In this document: positions 13,396 through 25,489 of the stretch, in pieces
How positions within the stretch are numbered: the stretch's first letter is position 1
How the letters are laid out: each line of letters opens with the position of its first letter
Assembly (NCBI GenBank): GCA_951406725.2
Contig: OX597818.1
Span: forward strand, 137,640,001 to 137,704,000
Length of the DNA stretch: 64,000 nucleotides
Source of the DNA: Octopus vulgaris
Taxonomy: Eukaryota
Direction of reading: 5' to 3'
Translations under genes and position numbers: made by a program
The notes under the pieces: generated by a model
What the model saw: only the letters and a program-made list of their open reading frames with translations
Told to the model about the DNA's origin: nothing
Database searches by the model: none

Positions 13396-13560
13396 GTTTC
13401 TTTATTGGCCACACAGGGCTGCACACAGATGGGACAAGTTACAAGGTAGAGCTTTTCTTTTGGGGGATGAAAAAAACAAAAAACAAAAGAAACAAAAAAA
13501 AAGGGGTGGCGTAGGTTTTCGATCAAGAGGGATCGTAAAAGGGAAGAAAAGAACAAAAAA
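13396..13560 (-). mobile_element. Tx1-like LINE 3' UTR tip followed (sense) by (TATC)n
   Basis: The minus strand ends CTTGTCCCATCTGTGTGCAGCCCTGTGTGGCCAATAAAGAAAC, then (TATC)n at 13325-13395. Confidence 0.6.
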
Positions 13561-13564
13561 ATTT

Positions 13565-13675
<111 letters not shown>

Positions 13676-14279
13676 ATAGATAGATCGAGGTGGGGAGAAG
13701 GAAAAGTCAAGGATGCGAATGAAGAAAGAAATTTAACATTTTTTTTTTCGTAAATAACGACAAAATAAATGCAAACGACGATACTCAGCGCTAAAATGAA
13801 TAACATTTTGTTTAACCTTGAATTTGATGAATCAAAGATAATTGAGTGTAGCTCCTAGTGTTGCGTAGAAAAATTAAAATGGCGAATGTTTGTCAGGATT
13901 TCCATCCGATATATAATATAGATTTGTAAAATGATATTTTATTTCGTTAAAATCGTCGATGATTGTTGTTTTCTCTTTGGATTGTTTTCATGTTTGATTT
14001 GTTGCTTATTTAAATATTTTTTATTCTTTTCTGTAATTTGTTATAGTGTATTTCACTAAATGATCTATTCACATTCTAATATCGCCGTCGTCAAAACCTT
14101 TCGGCTTTTCTGCTGTCATTTTGTAAACTTCTTTTCTCACTTTCTCAATACGTATGCACATAATTATATACATACATATACACATACGTGCATTAATATA
14201 TACAAACATGTATCTATGTATGTACATATTTCTACATGCATATATATATATATATATGCATGTGTACGTATGTATGTAC

Positions 14280-14326
<47 letters not shown>

Positions 14327-14508
14327 CACACACGCACACACACTTTTGTAACGTAATCGCTAGCATATTTTGAGTTAGTCTTCAAATAATCAAAACAAAA
14401 TGAAGAATTCAATAACAGGAAAAAACAGCAGTGTAACTTTGGTTTGGACTCTTTCACATTCGCAGAAATGTTTATGTATGTGTCTGTGTGTCTATGTATG
14501 TATGTATG

Positions 14509-14569
<61 letters not shown>

Positions 14570-14572
<3 letters not shown>

Positions 14573-14927
14573 GTAAAGGGTAAAAACCCCTTCAGTCATT
14601 AATGACCATGGGATTGCACCTAGAAAGTTACCATCCGAGGCACAAGTTCGGGCAAGGTTGCTTATGGAAGAATGCTTATGGAAGACCAGCAGTCGCCCAT
14701 GCACACCATTCTGCTTTCTCCACGCCACCGATGTTGTCCAAGGGAAAGGATATGGCTGATACAGCTTGGCACCAGTGATGTCACAACTCATATCTACAAC
14801 CGAGTAAACAGGAGCAACGTGAAATGAAATGTCTTGCTCAAGAGCTCAACACACAGCCCGGTCCGGGAATCGAAGTCTCAAAATTACGATTCTAAACCTG
14901 ACGCTCTAAGCACTGAGCCAAGTACCT
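14570..14927 (-). mobile_element. Older tRNA-derived SINE (group D)
   Basis: Head TGGCTCAGTGCTTAG...TTCGATTCCCGGACCGGGC; central GAGCAAGACATTTCATTTCACGTTGCTCC shared with the 21082-21385 copy. Confidence 0.7.
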
Positions 14928-15282
14928 TAGCGAGAGAGAAAGAGAAAATGAGACAGTAAAAAAGAAGACAGAATGGGAGAAAGAAAGGAAGAAAGAAGCC
15001 TTTGTCTTGATACCGGAGTTGTGCTTCAGTTACCTTAAACGTAAAAGGGTGAAGTAGAACCTGGACGCAATATGATCTTAGAAAGCACAATGCCGGAACA
15101 AAAGCCAGAATATTCTTCGAATTCGCTTATATGTATGCGTGTGTATGTGTGCGAGCATGTATGCATGTGTGTATGTGTGTGTGTGTGTATCTATATATGT
15201 ATTATATACATTTGCGAATATGACATAATGATGTATTTATATACGCGCATAAATACACACACATACATGCATACCCACAGAT

Positions 15283-15435
15283 ATAGTTGAAATTTATAAA
15301 AAAAATAACAAAAGACAAAGACAGGTGTATGATCGACAAGCAAATGTATTAGTTTGATTCTCGGGAAAAGTGAAAATGTCTTTTATGTTTCGAGCCTACG
15401 CTCTTCAACACAAAGGAATAAGAGAAGTACATAAA
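15283..15435 (-). mobile_element. Short TA-associated repeat carrying a degenerate minimal hammerhead-like motif (15380-15415)
   Basis: Reverse complement aligns with 45215-45362 and 43560-43730. Confidence 0.75.
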
Positions 15436-15441
15436 TACGTG

Positions 15442-15519
<78 letters not shown>

Positions 15520-15790
15520 TATGCATACGTAAATACATGCATATGTATGCATGCATGTATCTCGTGAAGGCAGCATGTTCTTTGTCTATCTCCTTACCTT
15601 CTCGGAGATTTTAGGTAAAATTATGCTAATGTGTCCTTCTGTTTTAATTTAATTAAATGCAATGTCTTTATGCAGCTGAGGATTGCCCTGTATTTAAATT
15701 GATGTAGTGATTGCATTGTTCAGTTAAATGGAGTTGCTTGAAACGATCGTACTGCATTACCTCTGTATATCCTTGTACCTTATTTTGATA

Positions 15791-16211
15791 TTACTCTCTC
15801 TTTTACTCTTTTACTTGTTTCAGTCATTTGACTGCGGCCATGCTGGAGCACCGCCTTTAATCGAGCAACTCAACCCCGGGACTTATTCTTTTGTAAGCCC
15901 AGTACTTATTCTATCGGTCTCTTTTGCCGAACCGCTAAGTGACGGGGACATAAACACACCAGCATCGGTTGTCAAGCAATGCTCGGGGACAAACACAGAC
16001 ACACAAACACACACACACGCATACACATATATATATATACATATATACGATGGGCTTCTTTCAGTTTCCATCTACCAAATCTACTCACAAGGCTTTGGTC
16101 GGCCCGAGGCTATAGTAGAAGACACTTACCCAAGGTGCCACGCAGTGGGCCTGAACCCGGAACCATGCGGTTGGTAGACAAGCTACTTACCACACAGCCA
16201 CTCCTGCGCCT
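15791..16211 (-). mobile_element. SINE-B
   Basis: Full-length match to family B. Confidence 0.93.
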
Positions 16212-16483
16212 GGAGTATATATACATATATTTATATACATACAAATATATATACATATATTTAATTTAAATTAGCGATCTCCTTATTTATATAAATTTAA
16301 ATTTATTTCGTCACTGTATTTACTGCTTGATATTTTAACCATATCGCACGATGGAGTTACAAAGCGGGCAATTTAATCTAGTCTTGTTGCAGACGTGCAT
16401 ATATATGTATGTATACGTTCGTATATGTAAGTATTCGTATGCTGTATGTATATGTATGTGCATTTATGTTACTCTCTGCGTAT

Positions 16484-16542
16484 ATTCCACTGATGAGGAA
16501 AAGCATTTCTAAATGCAAAGTCAGAAATCCGGGATCTGGAAT
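16484..16542 (+). ncRNA. Type I hammerhead ribozyme motif, stem II partly decayed
   Basis: ATTCCA-CTGATGA-(gga...GCATTT/AAATGC...gtca)-GAAA-TCCGGGA-TC-TGGAAT. 6-bp stem I, canonical boxes; the stem II closing pair is mismatched. Confidence 0.7.
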
Positions 16543-16772
16543 TATCCGGTATTTTTTTACTGGTTTTATTTAGTCTTTTTGTCTTCTCTCCTTATGCAGT
16601 AAGGGCATTTAATGTGGTTTTAGAGTCAGATCTTGGCTGCTATTTTCAGCATGGTGGTATCTCTTAGATGCCCTAAATTATAATTTTAATAATAATTTTT
16701 ACCTTTGAAGGTTTTTATTTCCATGCTGGCCACTTGATAAGATCATTATTTAATTTAAATTTGCGATCTTGT

Positions 16773-16907
<135 letters not shown>

Positions 16908-16910
16908 CAC

Positions 16911-17281
16911 GTGGAGGCACAATGGCCGAGTGGTTAGGGCAGCGGACTGGCGGTCATAGGATCGCGGTTTCGATTTCCAGACCGGGCGTTGTGAGTGTTT
17001 ATTGAGCGAAAACGCCTAAAAGCTCCACGACGCTCCGGCAGGGGATGGTGGTGATCCCTGCTGTACTCTTTCACCACAACTTTCTCTCACTCTTACTTCC
17101 TGTTTCTGCTGTACCTGTATTTCAAAGGGCCGGCCTTGTCACTCTCTGTGTCACGTTGAATATCCCGGGTACACGTGTCTGTGGAGTGCTCAGCCACTTA
17201 CACGTTAATTTCACGAGCAGGCTGTTCCGTTGATTCGGATCAACCGGAACCCTCGTCGTCATAACCGACGGAGTGCTTCCA
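16911..17281 (+). mobile_element. SINE-A (tRNA-derived, A/B boxes)
   Basis: TGGCCGAGTGGTTAG A-box and GGTTTCGATTTCC B-box; tail GTCATAACCGACGGAGTGCTTCCA; TSD ATATACATACAC; small internal deletion. Confidence 0.93.
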
Positions 17282-17656
17282 TATACATACATATATAGGC
17301 ACACACACATACACTGAAACGCACAAGTCCACACGCACGCACATAGGCACCCGACCTGCACACACAAGCAAACAAATACTTAGAGAATAACTGATGGACG
17401 TGTTTCTGGATATTCATCATAGTCATCGTATATACATGTGTATAACCAACAGCAACAACAAGAGCAACACAAGCAAAATCAAGAGTAAACGTAAGCTATA
17501 ATTCCAAGGTAATAATGCATTTTCTTTGTTTACAGCGGCAAATACTATTTTGACAACACCTCTGTCCCTCTTCTGCGTAGTTAACTATCTATCGGGCTGA
17601 CATAAAGAATATTCTTGGATAGATGAGAACTTCAGCTGAAACAGAAGGAGGAGAAC

Positions 17657-17717
<61 letters not shown>

Positions 17718-18696
17718 TTGCAATATAGAGGCTTCAGATATTTGTCACCCCTTCCGTTTTCGTATTTGGTTTTGCCTGCAAAATGTACAACATATATATA
17801 CGTGTTGGCGTTTGGTGGGTCCGTAACTACGTGATGGGAACGCTTATAGGAGCACGGGTTGTTTTGTGAGAAGCACGCACACGTAGATAAGACTTGTGTG
17901 TAAGTGCGTGCGTGCGTGCGTGTGTGTGTGTGTGTGTGTACAAAGTTCAGGTAAATAACCTTCCTTCAACACCGTTGCATGCTGAATGCTGGTTTGATTT
18001 ATTCTGTTCTACTGGATGGACCACCGTCCCTACCCTGCCACCACCACCACCACCACCACCACCACCACCACCATCAATAACGACAACAACAACAACAGAA
18101 CCGCCATGTCCATCCATCACTAACACCGCCATCACATCATCGTCATCATCACCATCATCATCTATATCTTTGCCACCGATGCTACTGCCACCGCCACTAC
18201 CACCACCACCACTAACACTATCACCACCATCACCACCATCACCACCACCACCACCACCACTAGATAAGAACGAAGACTTTGCTGATGCGTAGTGCAAAAC
18301 ATGGCTCTCGCCGAACTTCTCAGAAGAGTCCACTGTGCGCAGTCGTAGCTGTGTGGTAAGAAGTTTGCTTCCCAAACACATTGTTCTGGGTTCAATCTGG
18401 CATGTAAATATCTACTTAAAAGCTTGCGTCTCTTGGATCAGTAGCTTCTTATAAGATCGTACCATTGTGCAATATTAACGGAGCTCTTACAGCTCCACTC
18501 GCAATCAACATTGATGTCCCCATCCTCAGAGTTCCGATTGGTCACCTCTCCCTAGTTTCTATACACTCCATTTCAAATTCAACAATACCTAATCCTAAGA
18601 AGATAACACAACCCTTCATTTCTCCCTAAGTTTCCGAACCATCTATCATTCACATATACCTTAGATATAACACGGTAAACCTGCACTGAAACCATT

Positions 18697-19080
18697 TGGA
18701 AGCACTCCGTCGGTTACGACGATGAGGGTTCCGGTTGATCCGAATCAACGGAACAGCCTGCTCGTGAAATTAACGTGTAAGTGGCTGAGCACTCCACAGA
18801 CACGTGTACCCTTAACGTAGTTCTCGGGGATATTCAGCGTGACACAGAGTGTGACAAGGCCGGCCCTTTGAAATACAGGTACGACAGAAACAAGAAGTAA
18901 GAGTGAGAGAAAGTTGAGGTGAAAGAGTACAGCAGGGATCACCACCATCCCCTGCCGGAGCCTTGTGGAGCTTTACGTGTTTTCGCTCAATAAACACTCA
19001 CAACGCCCGGTCTGGGAATCGAAACCGCGATCCTATGACCGCGAGTCCGCTGCCCTAACCACTGGGCCATTGTGCCTCCA
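18697..19080 (-). mobile_element. SINE-A
   Basis: Full length; TSD CACTGAAAC at 18684-18692 and 19081-19089. Confidence 0.95.
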
Positions 19081-19658
19081 CACTGAAACTATATATAGGG
19101 ATGTTGATAGCTTCTTTTAGTGTGCCCAGATCAACCATATCTGTGTTAAAAGAATGTGTGTGTGTGTGTGTGTGTAATCCGTGTGTGTAATCGTGCTCCT
19201 GTGTATAGGTTTCTAAGTGGAATAAAATAAATCTTAAAATAAATGGATATGATGCATGAACTGGTTTTCCATTAAGTTTGAAGTGTTGCTCTATAATATA
19301 TTTTATATGTTTTATACATACATACATATATTATATTATGTTATATTGTATATAATACAATATAATATAATATTTGTTTCTTTGACTGCGAGTAGTGCCA
19401 TCAATGTAACAACCATCAATGGTAGGCAGCAGGGCTTAAGTTTAGGTCATAATAAGGAAGTGATATCTCCCCTTGTTGACAGCAATTCCAGGAATGCTAT
19501 TGTTACTGATCCACTCACTATTATCATTGCCGCTTGTACTGGACCCATACACTAAATACGATTACGCAGCTAAATTGTTAGTTGTATGCCATACATACAT
19601 ATGGGCATACATGCACTTACATATATGCATACATACATACATGTTTACACACATATAC

Positions 19659-19738
<80 letters not shown>

Positions 19739-19739
<1 letters not shown>

Positions 19740-19943
19740 GAGAAAGAAGCAACAAGAATGGATTGGTTTTTAGTACAATTGTTTCATACAAGGACAGGCT
19801 TTATTACAAGTTGCAAAAATTGCACCAGATAAAAGTGTCCCGTACTCATCAGCTAAAATACATTTGAGTTCTCTAGACATCTTAGTGGGTGAGGTTATAC
19901 TCATGAGATATTGGAGATGGTTCCATTAGAGGCAGATACAGGT
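19739..19943 (-). mobile_element. Penelope-like pLTR/retrozyme-like remnant between (TA)n arrays
   Basis: Unique ~200-bp island between TA runs that contains the hammerhead at 19768-19858. Confidence 0.65.
19768..19858 (-). ncRNA. Type I hammerhead ribozyme with intact catalytic boxes
   Basis: Minus strand TTTTAG-CTGATGA-GTACGGGACA...TGTCCTTGTAT-GAAA-CAATTG-TA-CTAAAA. 6-bp stem I, long stem II, palindromic stem III, GUA cleavage triplet. Confidence 0.85.
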
Positions 19944-20184
19944 TATATATATATAAGATAAGAAAATGGAGAAATACATCTAAATCAAATATCAATTACC
20001 AGATAATACTCAATCACATACTTTATTAAACCACCACATAAGAGACTGTAAGGTTAAATATAAAAAGCAGAATATAAAATGTATGTATATATATATGTAT
20101 GTATGTAGGTGCATATATATATTCACACAAACACAACGATTCTACCAGCAAGCCGCCTTATCAATTTAATAAATAATAATAAAT

Positions 20185-20396
20185 TCCCGTTTTGGCGCAA
20201 GGCCGGTAAGTTCGTGGGTAGAGGATAAGACGATTACATCGATCCCAGGGTTTAACTGATACTTTTATTTATCGATCTCGAGAGGATGAAAAGCAACGTC
20301 GACCTCAGGGGAATTTGAACTCAAAACGTTAAGATGGACGAAATGCCTCTAAGCACTTAGTCTGTCGAGTTAAAGTGTGCGCCAACTTGCCTCCTT
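20185..20396 (-). mobile_element. SINE-C, diverged copy
   Basis: TTTATCGATCTCGAGAGGATGAAAAGCAACGTCGACCTC...GAATTTGAACTC. Confidence 0.8.
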
Positions 20397-20420
20397 GATG
20401 ATGATGATGATTATAATAAG

Positions 20421-20998
20421 GATTTCATTTCTTTGCTACAAGGGCGAAGGATGAAGGGGACTATACAAAGACAAACATATAATGTGGTGGGGCTACATAT
20501 AATGAAATGATAAAAAAAAGAAAAGAAAAGAAGTATACACGGTTTACACTGAAAAGGAATGGACATTTACAGAGCATACAAAGGTTAAAAACTAGAAATT
20601 TAGCATGGCGCAATATGTGACAAGGTTGGTCCCTGAAATACAGGTACCACTCATGTTTGCTTAGTGGAGAGGAGCTACGTGAAATATCCTCTTTGGATAA
20701 TCGAGGAAACCCCACTGTCCGAGTTTTCTCTGAACACCAAGAGCAGGTGCTCTCTCTAATTCCTTCCCTCCTATTTACAGGTCTACACGGGGGGATGTAC
20801 CATCCGCTCTTGCCGTTTTCACAACTTTGACCCACCTTTCAATAAATTCACTCGAGGACTGCGCTTCTACAAAAGAGGATTGTATATGTCCTCATGCCCT
20901 TCGGCCTTGTCCACCAAACAACATCTTTCGCCACAACCACAGCCTCCAGGAAAATGTAAACTGCCTTGCTTGCCCGACTGAAGGAGAACGGCGGGGTA
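20421..20998 (-). mobile_element. Tx1-like LINE 3' fragment
   Basis: ITPPFSFSRASKAVY...VVAKDVVWWTRPKG is homologous to 1853-1950; the 3' terminal motif is shared with 2360-2403. Confidence 0.8.
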
Positions 20999-21081
20999 AT
21001 AATAATAATAATAACAATTCTATCGCTAATATGCAACTGTATTATGACCTGAGAATATTGCAAGCCAACACAATCCCAGCA

Positions 21082-21385
21082 ACTGGCATTCCGTCGGTTA
21101 CGACGACGCGGGTGTCAGTTGATCCGAGGAAAGTAACATCCTGCTCGTCAAATTAACGTGCAAGTGGCCGAACGATCCACGGACACGCATACCCTTAACG
21201 TAATTCTATAGGAAACTCAATGTGACAAGGCTGGCCTCTAAAATACATGTACCACTCATGCTTGGCAACTGAGTGAACTGAAGTAACCTGAAATAAAGTG
21301 TCTTGCGCAACGCCCAGCCGGGAATCGAACTCACGACTTTGCTATCCTGAGCCGAACTCTCTAACCAATAAGCCACGCGCCTTCA
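21082..21385 (-). mobile_element. Older SINE (group D head/centre with a SINE-A-like tail)
   Basis: Tail CGTCGTAACCGACGGAATGCCAG resembles SINE-A; centre resembles 14800-14870. Confidence 0.75.
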
Positions 21386-22385
21386 CATTTCTGTTAATAT
21401 TTATCTAACATTGCTACCCTGTGTTATTGTTTTTTTTTCACATTTGTTTTTGTTGTTTATTCTTTGAATTGGTTTCAGCGTTAATTTCTTTTAATAATTT
21501 TATTTTTCAAAAATATTAACTGCAAAAAACCCCAAAACAAACCAAAGAATTTCAAATAATAAAATATGTACAAAATAACATAAAATAAAATGAATAAATA
21601 ATAAACCACACCAGAAAAATTTGACAAATGATACGTCATCGTTGAAGATAAATAAAAGTGCAAACCAAAAAAAAAAAAACAAAAAAACAACAGTAACAAC
21701 AGCAGCTCGACTCTTACCCCACATAAGGGATTTGCTGTCCGCGTCCAGAAAAAAAAATAGAAGAAACAGGTCCCTTTACCAGTAAATGCAAGATACATTA
21801 CAGATAACTCCAGTCGGTTTCTGTATCGAAACACTGACTAGATTCCTCTTCCTTTCCTACTGACATTCCCAGCCCTACTTTCACTTTCATATTCTTTCTT
21901 ATATATTTCATGGTTTTCTGTTCCATTCAAATTTCTATATTCCCTTCTCATGCTGGTATGCACGCTGTTGGTGTTGTCTGTATTGGTGTATTGCTGTTGT
22001 TGTTGTTGTTGTTGGAGGTGGTGCTGGTAGTAAAGTTGTTAGTTGCTGCAGTCGTTGATGTTGTTGATGGTTATAGTTATAGTTGTTGCCATGGTTGCCA
22101 GCATGATAGAGTTGAACCATTTGTTGTTTTTTTTTTTGTTAAAAACACGAAAAAGAAAATAGGGGAGATAAAAATAAAAAAGGAAAAGGAAGCATAAATG
22201 TTTTATCGTTGTTGGGTGAGGAATTCTTTTGTCCTGTAATTCATGTCTTGGAATTATTTCTACAGTTGTACTACTACTGGCTATGTGTATCTTGTTCTCC
22301 ACAAACCAAGAAAAAAAACGAAAATAAAACAGCCAAGAAAAATGTCAGAAATAAATTAATATATATGAGTTCACACACACACACA

Positions 22386-22436
<51 letters not shown>

Positions 22437-23275
22437 ACGCCCACATATGTATGTATATTTCGTCACACATTTTTCTGCATAAATGAAGAAATGAAGTCAC
22501 TCATCTGACATTCATTGATTTTCAAATGTGCGAGGAAGCGAGAGAGTATATATTTTACTTCCTGTCCTTATTAATAATTATTGCCCCGCAATTTCACAAT
22601 TGCAGTGGTTACATGTTATTACTTAATTCTAGGTGAGAAATAAGGAAGCTTACTTATTATCAAAGGCGTTCCATAAATGACCATCCAGTTTTTTTTATTT
22701 TTAAATTCAGATAGTTTATTTTAGACAATACTCTCCAATACGTAGATTTTATTTATGACTGGGGTTGATATTTTTAGCAAGCAGAAAAACCACTAGAGGC
22801 CACATAGTTTGTTGCTTTTGTCCTTATAAACGCTCATGTCATCCTTGGTCGAACAACCTGATAATCAAAGGCATCCCAACCATGACCGTCCCGTTTTATC
22901 TGCAGGGAACCCAAGACCATATTAACCAATGTATTCGTTTCTAAGAGGAAGAGGTATGATTTGAGGTTAATTTAGAGCCTATTTCTAGCAATACATTTGA
23001 TGAGGAAGCCATCCCCACTAATCGATGTTATTGCTCTGATGGTATCGTGGTTGTTTGGTAGAAGTCAGCCCGGATAGGGCAAAGCTTTTATCAGCTACGT
23101 TCCATCTATGATCATCTTGTAATGTTTTAAACCTACGTCAGCTCTAATCGAGTAAACATTACTGAGGGCCACGACCATCCAGTAAATTTTGTATATTTAG
23201 GATGATGCTGTTCAAAACGCCCCTGCACCGTTTATATTTAAACTGTGTAATGCATGTATGTGCAAAATTACAGGC

Positions 23276-23375
23276 CTTGCCGTGCCCGAGACATGCTGAC
23301 TTGTGGAGTTATGTCGAACAGCTGTTATCGTGTGTGGGAGGAAATATGGCCATTAATATCAATGGATAATATGTG
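23276..23375 (+). mobile_element. Small internal Tx1-like fragment
   Basis: GCTGACTTGTGGAGTTATGTCGAACAGCTG is identical to 1775-1804. Confidence 0.8.
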
Positions 23376-23391
23376 TGGATAATAAAAGAAA

Positions 23392-23537
<146 letters not shown>

Positions 23538-24090
23538 TTTTTTTTTCTTCTTTCAAATTTGCTTCCATTTCTTGCCGAGTGTCTTCCCGACTCGTAGGGC
23601 AAAGAAACTCATAGTATACATTGGTAGGCCATTAAACCAAACTCAATAGTTCGTTCATTTTTTTTAAATTAAAAAAAATTTTTTTTTAAGTTAAATTAAA
23701 ATACATGAGCAGCAACAGTTCTCACATCGACAATGCTCTTCTCAATACGTGTGAGGTACCAGTTAAGGCAATCTTTTGCACTTCTTGCAGGGATGGTAAG
23801 CCAGGGATCATTCTCATATAATTTTCGGTTCCCTTCTTGATCATTCCTAGTGCTCCTACGATCACTGGTATTGTAACCGCCTTGAGATGCCGCATTTTCT
23901 CAATTTCAATGAGCAGGTCTTTATATTTTCTGAGCTTGTCAAACTCTTTCGCTGAGATATTATGATCACAGGGGATGCTCATGTCGATCAATAAGCAAAC
24001 TTTATTGTTTTGGTCTTTCACAACAATATCTGGTTTATTGGCCTTGATGGTTCGGTCTGTATGTACTGGAAAGTCCCACAGAATGGTTAC
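23538..24090 (-). mobile_element. R4/Dong-like LINE 3' fragment (RLE domain, stop at 23722)
   Basis: VTILWDFPVHTDRTIKANKPDIVVKD...KEFDKLRKYKDL...PVIVGALG...HVLRRALSM*. Flanked by TTA/CAT arrays. Confidence 0.92.
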
Positions 24091-24116
24091 ATCATCATCA
24101 TCATCATCATCATCAA

Positions 24117-24212
<96 letters not shown>

Positions 24213-24217
24213 TATTA

Positions 24218-24271
<54 letters not shown>

Positions 24272-24272
<1 letters not shown>

Positions 24273-24711
24273 ATGTTTGACTTTTGCTTTACATTTGTAC
24301 AAGTTGGCTCCAAGTCTCACCCAGAGACCTCAAGAGACAACAAGTTGGAAGTTCATGTTGGTGTTATGCCTAGGGTGCTATATATATGGTTTTGTACATA
24401 GTGTTGTTCTAGAGAATGTTTAAGAAACCATAAAAAAAAATACGTTTGTTTTAAAATTTGAGATTACATAGAAAGTATTTTGCGTAGGATATGGACAGTT
24501 CCCATGAGCACTCTCTTTTGAATTTCTGCTGTTTTGGGGTTTCCAGGTATCTGAGCTAGGTAAGAATCAGCCCCTTTTGCTATAATTCCCAGGGCACCTT
24601 TGACAACAGGTATTGTTTTAGTCTTCAGGTTCCACATTTTGCTAATTTCTTTCTCAAGAACTTTATACTTGTTCAGTTTTTGGTATGTCTTGACAGATAC
24701 GTTTATGTCGA
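24272..24711 (-). mobile_element. R4/Dong-like LINE 3' fragment, another family
   Basis: DINVSVKTYQKLNKY...MWNLKTKTIPVVKGALG...HILRKILSM* with a distinct 3' UTR; TTA arrays on both sides. Confidence 0.9.
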
Positions 24712-24722
24712 TTATTATTATT

Positions 24723-24794
<72 letters not shown>

Positions 24795-25331
24795 GAGTGA
24801 GAGAGCAGTGCATGCCATCAAAGTGACACTGAGGTAAAATATACGAAGCCCAATGTACTCATCATGACTACTCGTCTAATAAGGGTACAGGCATATGCAC
24901 CATGACCATATGTGCACGACATACTAATCTCATATCAAGATAAACAGCGCATGACCGCGTAGGTGGGGCTCAGTTAGAATTTTCTTCTGGTCGAGTAGAC
25001 CATCCCGCTCAAAAGGTCCACGAATAAGGGTTGTTTAAGTATCATGTTTCCAAAGGTGAATTATCCAAACCCCGAAGAGTTCTTCTCAACACATGACTAC
25101 GATTCTGCCCCACTACTTCTACTCGTGATCAGAAATGCATATATCGTCAGTCACTAAGGGACATGCTCAACTGGTTATGGTCAAACAACTGGCAAGCAAA
25201 TCTGTGGTATTGAGCAGAATATTTGCTGCATCCCATCTCTTATACCAAGACAAAACAATGTACATGACAACACTTCCAGTCAGTTAGGATCAGACGTCAT
25301 GAGAGCCACTGTCTGGAACTGCATCAGGGCA
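24795..25331 (-). mobile_element. ~540-bp non-coding element ending in (TAA)n (long LINE 3' UTR or non-autonomous element)
   Basis: Bounded by (TTA)n and (TAC)n; its terminal 30 bp recur in a TAA array at 6929. Confidence 0.65.
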
Positions 25332-25333
25332 TT

Positions 25334-25458
<125 letters not shown>

Positions 25459-25489
25459 TCATTATCATTATTACCATTCAAGCAACCAT

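Noticed and set aside
16911-16990. tRNA-like sequences at SINE heads (also 45375, 52336, 61044)
   Set aside because: A/B boxes continue into a repeat body with TSDs; these are SINE heads, not tRNA genes.
17045-17233. Recurrent ORF MVVIPAVLFHHNFLSLLL... (also 18745, 51750, 52471, 58560)
   Set aside because: Incidental translation of SINE-A; copies carry indels and most starts are non-ATG.
17947-18292. Pro-rich and Gly-rich ORFs
   Set aside because: (CCA)n/(CAT)n low-complexity repeat, not a collagen or extensin-like gene.
21700-21840. Possible minus-strand exon ending GG|GTAAGA, or a miRNA-like stretch
   Set aside because: No convincing acceptor, frame or hairpin, and no miRNA I recognise; needs RNA-seq.
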